Assembly: GCA_963666365.2 (NCBI GenBank)
Contig: CAXXNF010000002.1
Coordinates: forward strand, 864,001 to 928,000
DNA length: 64,000 bases
From: Syntrophales bacterium
GTDB lineage: Bacteria > Desulfobacterota > Syntrophia > Syntrophales > UBA2210
Direction of reading: 5' to 3'
In this document: positions 57,492 through 64,000 of the stretch, piece by piece
How the letters are laid out: each line of letters opens with the position of its first letter
Numbering within the stretch: the stretch's first letter is position 1
The notes under the pieces: generated by a model
Told to the model about the DNA's origin: nothing
Seen by the model: only the letters and a program-made list of their open reading frames with translations
The model's database searches: none
Made by a program: the position numbers and the translations under genes

Positions 57492-58541
57492 TCACTTGTC
57501 CTTAGGTATTCCAGAAGTATTTGAGTCCAGCGACAGATGGGGAAGCAAATTGTTCCCGACAGTCCCCTCTACAATAATTTTTTCCACATTGGGCAGAATC
57601 TTTTCCATCATTTCAATGTAGAGCCGCTTCTCCGTAACCTCACGGGCGCTTTTGTATTGGGTGAGAATCTGCTCGAACCTGCTTGCATCACCCTGTGCCG
57701 AAATAATCTTGGATTCCTTGTAGGCAATCGCATCATTTACGATCTGCGATGCCTTCCCGTTGGCTTTCGGCAGTATTTCATTCCGATAGCCGTGCGCTTC
57801 ATTTACCATCTTTGCTTTATCCTCTTTCGCACTGGCCACGTCCTTGAAGGCCGCCATGACCTGATCCGGAGGATGAACATCCTGAAGCTGAACCGCGACG
57901 ATTTGAATGCCCGCATTATAGCCGTTCAAAATATCCTGCAGTATCGACTTTGCATCCTGCTGAACCTGGAATTTCCCCGTCGTAAGAATATCGTCAATGT
58001 TGTTATCGCCTACTACTTGTCTCATCGCTGCCTCGGCGGCATCCTTCACCGTCTTCTCCTGGTACTTGACATTGAAGAGATACTGCACGGCATCACTGAT
58101 TTTATACTGCACGATAAAGGTTAAATTGACTATATTCTCTGCCCGTGTCAGCATCAGGCTTTCGCCGGGCACCGCCCGGTTTGGACCGACTTGACGGTCG
58201 CCGATGCTTCTGAACCCGATTTCAATGCGGCGCACCTGGGTTACTGCAGGTTTCAATACCGTTTCGATCGGGATTGGTAGATGATAGTGCGGCCCCGACA
58301 TGGTGGTTCTCACTGCCTTCCCGAACCGTTTCACCACGCCGACTTCTTCGGGCTTTACCACATAAATACCCGAAAGAAGCCACAGCACTACTACCACGAG
58401 TACAATGATCGGCAACGCGCCGAATTTCCCGCCGAACGGTACCTTAAAGGGGAATGCTTTTTTTACTTTTTCAATCACTTCCTGCAAATCGGGTGATTGC
58501 TTACCCCCCCAGGGATCTCCGCCTTGATCCTGCCATCCCAT
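57492..58541 (-). CDS. hflK: FtsH modulator HflK
   Basis: 'DPWGG..PDL', 'MLT..ENIV', 'AFKDV..A.ED', 'RLYIE'. Confidence 0.93.
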   Translation of the reverse strand: MGWQDQGGDPWGGKQSPDLQEVIEKVKKAFPFKVPFGGKFGALPIIVLVVVVLWLLSGIYVVKPEEVGVVKRFGKAVRTTMSGPHYHLPIPIETVLKPAVTQVRRIEIGFRSIGDRQVGPNRAVPGESLMLTRAENIVNLTFIVQYKISDAVQYLFNVKYQEKTVKDAAEAAMRQVVGDNNIDDILTTGKFQVQQDAKSILQDILNGYNAGIQIVAVQLQDVHPPDQVMAAFKDVASAKEDKAKMVNEAHGYRNEILPKANGKASQIVNDAIAYKESKIISAQGDASRFEQILTQYKSAREVTEKRLYIEMMEKILPNVEKIIVEGTVGNNLLPHLSLDSNTSGIPKDK

Positions 58542-58657
58542 AAATAAACCTCCCTTTGTATGTTTGCCGGTGCAGAATTCAGCGGCGCCTCATCAATAAG
58601 TGCTCAATACATGACAACCGGAATATCCACCACGCCAATCACTACGATTAGTTCGGC

Positions 58658-58686
58658 ATGCTACCATGCGGTTACCGCACTGTCAA
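58658..58686 (-). promoter_or_regulatory. sigma70 promoter for hflKC with palindrome in spacer
   Basis: Minus strand TTGACA-N17-TAGCAT; spacer contains TGCGGT-A-ACCGCA. Confidence 0.6.
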
Positions 58687-58712
58687 TAGACCCGGCGCAA
58701 AAATGATACTCA

Positions 58713-58741
58713 TTGTACCACAGGAAATCATGTGGTACTAT
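58713..58741 (+). promoter_or_regulatory. sigma70-like promoter for PMM/PGM with overlapping palindrome
   Basis: TTGTAC-N17-TACTAT; GTACCACA-N8-TGTGGTAC overlaps both boxes. Confidence 0.5.
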
Positions 58742-58781
58742 CGTTCCCGCTATCCTTCAATCTAACAAGGAGTCACTCATA

Positions 58782-60137
58782 ATGAATCCGGAAGTCTTCC
58801 GAGAATACGATGTGAGAGGTCTCGTAGAAAAGGACCTTACCTATGAATTTGTTCGCGACTTGGGCAAGGCGGTGGGCGCCCTCGGCGCTGGAAGAGGGGT
58901 GAAGGCAGTGACGGTGGGAAGGGACTGTCGTCTTTCTTCTGAAAATTACCGCAATGCAATTACAGAAGGTCTTGCTTCAGCGGGTATCGATGTGATTGAC
59001 ATCGGGCTTGCGGCAACGCCGATGGTCTATTTTTCGATTCGGCATCTCGGGGTCGGCGGCGGCGTGATGATCACGGGAAGTCACAATCCTCCCGATTTCA
59101 ATGGTTTTAAAATATGCATCGGTGTTGACACCATTTACGGCGAAGAGATACAGCGCCTTCGAACCATAATGGAGCGCGGCGCCTATACCGAGGGTCGCGG
59201 AAGGATTACCGCACAATCCATCACAGATGCCTATTATGAGAGTGTTTCCAAGAATATATCCATAGGCAGTCCTCTCAAAATTGCCGTTGATGGCGGCAAC
59301 GGCGTAGGCGGTTTTTTTTCACTTCCCCTCTTTGAGCGCTTCGGCTGCACCGCTATCCCCATCTACTGTGATATGGACGGGCGTTTCCCCAACCATTTTC
59401 CCGATCCTACGGTAGAGGAAAATCTCGATGATCTGATACGCATCGTGAAGGATAAACGCTGTGCTTTCGGAATCGCCTTTGACGGAGACGCCGATCGTAT
59501 AGGCGTTGTGACAAAGGAAGGTCGCATTGTGCGCGGAGATGAACTGCTGCTGCTGTTTTCCCGCGCTGTTCTGAAGGAACACCCCGGAGCGACGATCATT
59601 GGTGAAGTCAAGTGTTCCCGGATCCTCTATGACGACATTGCACGGCGCGGGGGTCGCCCAATCATGTGGAAAGCGGGTCACTCGCTTATTAAGGGAAAGA
59701 TGAGGGAGGAAAAGGCGCTGCTGGCGGGAGAGATGAGCGGACACCTGTTTTTCGCCGATCGTTATTTCGGATATGATGATGCCCTTTACGCCGCGATGCG
59801 TCTTCTCGAAATTGTGTCGCAATCGAATGACGCCATTGAGGAGTTTCTCTCCGATATTCCCGTCACCTACAGCACACCTGAAATCAGGATCGACTGTCCC
59901 GACCGCGCAAAGTTCGGAGTCGTCGCGGCGGTAAAAGACTTTTTTCGCGGAGCATACAGGATTAACGATATAGACGGGGTGCGGATCGAGTTCGATGAGG
60001 GATGGGGGCTTGTACGAGCCTCGAACACGCAGCCGGTGCTGGTGCTGCGCTTCGAATCCACAAGCGAAAAAGGTCTTGCAAGGATCAGGGAATTGATCGA
60101 AGGGGTCCTTCAAAAGGCAATGACCCATCTGGCATAA
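58782..60137 (+). CDS. Phosphomannomutase/phosphoglucomutase
   Basis: 'FREYDVRG', 'TGSHNP', 'FDGDADR', 'GEMSGH', 'RASNTQP'; AAGGAG SD. Confidence 0.95.
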   Translation: MNPEVFREYDVRGLVEKDLTYEFVRDLGKAVGALGAGRGVKAVTVGRDCRLSSENYRNAITEGLASAGIDVIDIGLAATPMVYFSIRHLGVGGGVMITGSHNPPDFNGFKICIGVDTIYGEEIQRLRTIMERGAYTEGRGRITAQSITDAYYESVSKNISIGSPLKIAVDGGNGVGGFFSLPLFERFGCTAIPIYCDMDGRFPNHFPDPTVEENLDDLIRIVKDKRCAFGIAFDGDADRIGVVTKEGRIVRGDELLLLFSRAVLKEHPGATIIGEVKCSRILYDDIARRGGRPIMWKAGHSLIKGKMREEKALLAGEMSGHLFFADRYFGYDDALYAAMRLLEIVSQSNDAIEEFLSDIPVTYSTPEIRIDCPDRAKFGVVAAVKDFFRGAYRINDIDGVRIEFDEGWGLVRASNTQPVLVLRFESTSEKGLARIRELIEGVLQKAMTHLA

Positions 60138-60266
60138 GCCGCACTGTCAGTGCCTGCCGTTCCGGTCGTTTGGAGGTGGAACGCGGCTTCCACTAAGCAT
60201 GCAGTGCGTACCCACAGTGCATGCACAGCAGCTATCAGTTGATCACTTGGAAAGGAGACGTAAGTT

Positions 60267-61631
60267 ATGTTTAACTTTTCACAGAAGCACACAAAGCTTA
60301 CCACCCTGTACCTCCTTGGCACAAAGGCGGAGGATCTGGGCTCACAGCTGAGAAAGTACTCCAAGAGAAAAAAAACAATGCTCGTGGTGCCCACACTGGC
60401 CACTGAATTTACACTTGACGAGAATAAACCTGTGTTTTTGAACATTGCACGGCAACTGGGAAAGGTAACCTATCTCAATAAAATTATCTTCGGGCTGGAT
60501 CGCGCCACCGATCAGGAAGCCCACGAGCTTGCCGGCATATTAAAAAAGGCGGGGGTAAAAAATTTTATTATCCAGCACAATGAGGGAAAAACATTCAGTG
60601 CTCTTTACGACAGCCTGAATGAAGCCGGGTTTAAACTGGACCAGCCCGGTAAAGGCCGTAACATGTTCATGTCCTTCGGTGTGGCCCAGGCGCTCGGCGC
60701 CCGTTGTATCGGGGTGCTGGATGCCGACATCAAGAGTTTTCACCGACGGCAGCTTGACAGGCTTTTCTATCCGGTACTTGCGCGAGACTACGAATTTTCC
60801 AAGGCCTTTTATGCACGTATCGGCGACGGCAGAATGTACGGAAGAGTTAAGCGTCTTCTCCTTGATCCTCTCCTTTTATCGTTGAAACGCAAATTTTCCG
60901 ATTCGGGAGACGACAAGTTTCTACGCATTGTCGATTATCTCCTTGCCTACAATTACCAGCTTTCGGGCGAAGTGGCCTTCGATACGAGCCTCCTGAAACG
61001 CATGCACTTTGCCACCAACTGGGGAGTGGAAATCTTTACGCTTATAGAAGTGTATCGCAAGGGGAATAATGTTGCTCAGGTCCAGTTTTCACGGCGTCCC
61101 TTCGACCATAAGCACCAGAATGTATCGATTGAGGATAAGGAGCGTGGTCTCTATAAAATGGCCATCGATATAGTGACGACGATCCTTTCTGCGCTTGTCA
61201 TCGAAGAAGGCCTTGAAATATCGGACTATTTTATTCAGGATCTGACAATAACCTACCTCAATGTGGCCGATGAGTTGATAAAAAAATACGCCGACAATTC
61301 CGCTTTCTCGGGTCTTACCTATGACCGCAGTGCCGACGAAGCCATTGTAAGAACCATCTTCAAAGATGCAATCCTCACCGCCGGCGAGTATCTGACGTCA
61401 CCCTACCGCGTGACGGATCGTTTTTTGCGTTTGCTGCTGAGCGACAAACGGTTCCATAAATATCTCGATATGGGGCTCGACCGTGATTTGCTGGATTACG
61501 AGCGTGAAAATCACAGTCAGCTTTTCGAAGTGCCCCAGACCGTTTCATGGGAACGCATCATAATGAAAATCCCAAGGATTCTCTCGGACATTGACGATGC
61601 AGTGACGAAAGAACGCAAGGTATATGTCTAA
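60267..61631 (+). CDS. Glucosyl-3-phosphoglycerate synthase-like glycosyltransferase
   Basis: 'GKGRN', 'DADI', 'KAFYARI...YGRV.RLL', 'YQLSGE', 'WGVE', 'DHKHQ' resemble GpgS/MpgS-type GT-A enzymes. Confidence 0.7.
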   Translation: MFNFSQKHTKLTTLYLLGTKAEDLGSQLRKYSKRKKTMLVVPTLATEFTLDENKPVFLNIARQLGKVTYLNKIIFGLDRATDQEAHELAGILKKAGVKNFIIQHNEGKTFSALYDSLNEAGFKLDQPGKGRNMFMSFGVAQALGARCIGVLDADIKSFHRRQLDRLFYPVLARDYEFSKAFYARIGDGRMYGRVKRLLLDPLLLSLKRKFSDSGDDKFLRIVDYLLAYNYQLSGEVAFDTSLLKRMHFATNWGVEIFTLIEVYRKGNNVAQVQFSRRPFDHKHQNVSIEDKERGLYKMAIDIVTTILSALVIEEGLEISDYFIQDLTITYLNVADELIKKYADNSAFSGLTYDRSADEAIVRTIFKDAILTAGEYLTSPYRVTDRFLRLLLSDKRFHKYLDMGLDRDLLDYERENHSQLFEVPQTVSWERIIMKIPRILSDIDDAVTKERKVYV

Positions 61632-62971
61632 CGGGGCACGTATCGGCTGATCAGCATGATTCTCAGGTCCATCACATTTGTCATGGTGGGTCCCGTAATC
61701 AACAGCTCCCCGGAGTTCTCGAAAAAGGTGTAGGAGTTATTATCTTCCAGATATTCGGCGGCCTGCTTGCCTTTCTCAAGGGCATGGTTCACGGTGTCCC
61801 CGTCAACAACGGCGCCGGCCGCATCGGTGGGGCCATCGGTTCCGTCGGTTCCGCCGCTCAGTATGACCACCCCGGGAATGTCGTCTATAGCAATAGCGGC
61901 GGCAAGCGCAAACTCGGTATTCCGCCCTCCTTTACCGTTGCCCCGTAGGGTGACCGTGGTCTCCCCCCCCGAAATAATGCAGGCTGGCGGTTTGAGGGGA
62001 TTTCCCGAGAGGGTGACTTCCTTTGCAATAGCCGCATGAACCTTTGCAACCTCTCGTGTTTCCCCCTCTATGCATGATGACAGGATAAGCGTTCGATATC
62101 CGAGGGAACGGGCCCTTTCTTCCGCCGCCTTCAGTGAAGTCCCGGCACTTCCGACTATGTGATTGACGGTCTTTTCAAAAAAACTGTCCCCTGATTTCGG
62201 CGTTTCCTCCTCTTCTCCCACCCCCCCCCTTTCGAGATATGCCCTTACCGCGGCGGGAACCTTATCACGCACCTTGTAGGCATCAAGTATTCTCAAACAG
62301 TCAGCAAAGGTGCTTCGATCAGCCACGGTGGGGCCGGAGGCAATCACGTCCAGATCGTCGCCGACGACATCCGAAAGAATCAGCGTGATCACCGACGCAG
62401 GATAGGCCAGCTTTGCAAGCCTCCCCCCCTTGATTCGGGATATGTGCTTACGTATCGCATTAATTTCATGAATCGTCGCCCCGCACTCCAGGAGGATTTG
62501 TGTGGTCTGCTGCTTTTCCGCCAGGGAAAGCCCTTCAGCGGGCAACGGCATCAGGGCCGAACCTCCTCCCGATATCAGGCACAGCACAAGATCCTGTGCG
62601 TTCGCCCCTTCAAGAAGAGCAACAATGTCGCCGCTTCCCTTCACCCCTTCCTCGTCAGGTACAGGATGTCCTGCTTCACGCAACGAAATGTACGCAAGGG
62701 GCCTTCCATGTCCATATTTTGTCGTCACGTGCCCGCCTTTTATTCTTTCACCCAAAATGTCTTCCAGGGCCTGAGCCATAGGAGATGCCGCTTTCCCCGC
62801 CCCTACCACCAGAATCCTTCTAAAATTCATGAGATCGTAGGTATGATCCCCCACAATAAGGCGGTTATCCTCTGTCACTCTCATACTGTGCCGCAGCGCT
62901 TCCTTCGGGTCCGCCGCCTGCAAACCGGCATCAAAAACGGCTCGGATGTCCTTACGCAGCTTATCCAGCAT
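61628..62971 (-). CDS. Glycerate kinase (MOFRL family)
   Basis: 'GAGKAA', 'GHPVPD', 'ISGGGSAL', 'GGETTV..GKGGRN', 'GTDGTDG', 'TGPTMTNVMD'. Confidence 0.93.
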   Translation of the reverse strand: MLDKLRKDIRAVFDAGLQAADPKEALRHSMRVTEDNRLIVGDHTYDLMNFRRILVVGAGKAASPMAQALEDILGERIKGGHVTTKYGHGRPLAYISLREAGHPVPDEEGVKGSGDIVALLEGANAQDLVLCLISGGGSALMPLPAEGLSLAEKQQTTQILLECGATIHEINAIRKHISRIKGGRLAKLAYPASVITLILSDVVGDDLDVIASGPTVADRSTFADCLRILDAYKVRDKVPAAVRAYLERGGVGEEEETPKSGDSFFEKTVNHIVGSAGTSLKAAEERARSLGYRTLILSSCIEGETREVAKVHAAIAKEVTLSGNPLKPPACIISGGETTVTLRGNGKGGRNTEFALAAAIAIDDIPGVVILSGGTDGTDGPTDAAGAVVDGDTVNHALEKGKQAAEYLEDNNSYTFFENSGELLITGPTMTNVMDLRIMLISRYVPR

Positions 62972-63032
62972 GACGCATCACCCCCACTTTCCACATATTT
63001 AAACATTCTCTACTTTTCATACTTTTCATACC

Positions 63033-63404
<372 letters not shown>

Positions 63405-63493
63405 TTATTTCATCATTTTCTTTCTTCTGCCACATCGCCCTTTTGGGCCTCTCTTCACTTGACTCGGCCTTGTCGTTATGAGAGAAATGCATC

Positions 63494-64000
63494 ATGTACA
63501 TGCGCAGACGATCGAAAAAAAAACACTACAGGCTGACAAGGCTCAGCGAGTTTCTGCCCAAGGTTCTGAAAAAGGAAAACCTCTCTATCTCAACCCTGGA
63601 CCCGACAATTGCCGCGGCCTGGAAAACTGCCGTGGGACCGCTGATTTCAAATCAGACAGCTCCCGTCCGCTTCACGGACGGCACACTCCACGTTAAAGTG
63701 GCCACATCGGCCTGGATGCAGCAGTTGCAGTTCATGAAAAACGAGATCATTGAAAAAGTCAACGAAAGACTTGCTCAGAAAAAAATATCTTCACTGTACT
63801 TTTCAATAGGCCGCCTGACTGCTAAAGAACTGCACGGAAAAGAAGAAATGGAACTCCCGCAATTCGATCCGAATATCCTTCGTGAAAGAGACAAGCGCAT
63901 TGTCGCAGAAAGCATCAGGTCAATTCCGGACGAAGAGCTCAAATCCATTGTTGAACGTGTGATGATCAAGGGAATTATCAACCGCCGTTTTCGTTCGTAA
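63494..64000 (+). CDS. DUF721 (DciA-like) protein
   Basis: 'W..AVG..I...T.P....GTLHVKV..SAWMQQLQFMK..I'. Confidence 0.82.
   Translation: MYMRRRSKKKHYRLTRLSEFLPKVLKKENLSISTLDPTIAAAWKTAVGPLISNQTAPVRFTDGTLHVKVATSAWMQQLQFMKNEIIEKVNERLAQKKISSLYFSIGRLTAKELHGKEEMELPQFDPNILRERDKRIVAESIRSIPDEELKSIVERVMIKGIINRRFRS

Overview
A 64-kb gene-dense chromosomal segment, probably from an anaerobic deltaproteobacterium (Syntrophales/Desulfobacterota-like, inferred from gene content). Positions 1-15 kb hold a Wzx/Wzy-type exopolysaccharide locus: flippase, methyltransferase and six glycosyltransferases on +, converging on wza-wzc-wzy-like genes on -, with Wzc carrying an extra TM helix and a C-terminal SPOR domain. 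The most interesting region is 16.5-22 kb, a compact RiPP-like operon with its own sigma70-like promoter. It encodes a PqqD/RRE, an 86-aa Cys-free precursor with a YxxPxI leader and five 11-residue Thr/Ser/Val/Gln repeats, two paralogous radical SAM enzymes, an HPrK-like kinase, a soluble S26 peptidase, a Tat-signal MraZ-like protein and a nucleotidyltransferase; no lasso cyclase or PQQ genes are present. The rest is mostly housekeeping/metabolic (iorAB, apgM, hom, recG, purMN, pfk, rpmB, CoA-transferase, recJ, a two-component cluster, hflKC, PMM/PGM, GpgS-like, glycerate kinase, moaE). An ABC transporter/acyl-CoA ligase operon is preceded by an unannotated Phe-rich leader peptide and terminator hairpins, a candidate attenuator. 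No rRNA, tRNA, CRISPR array or transposase was recognised. All calls come from reading motifs by eye; no database searches were run.
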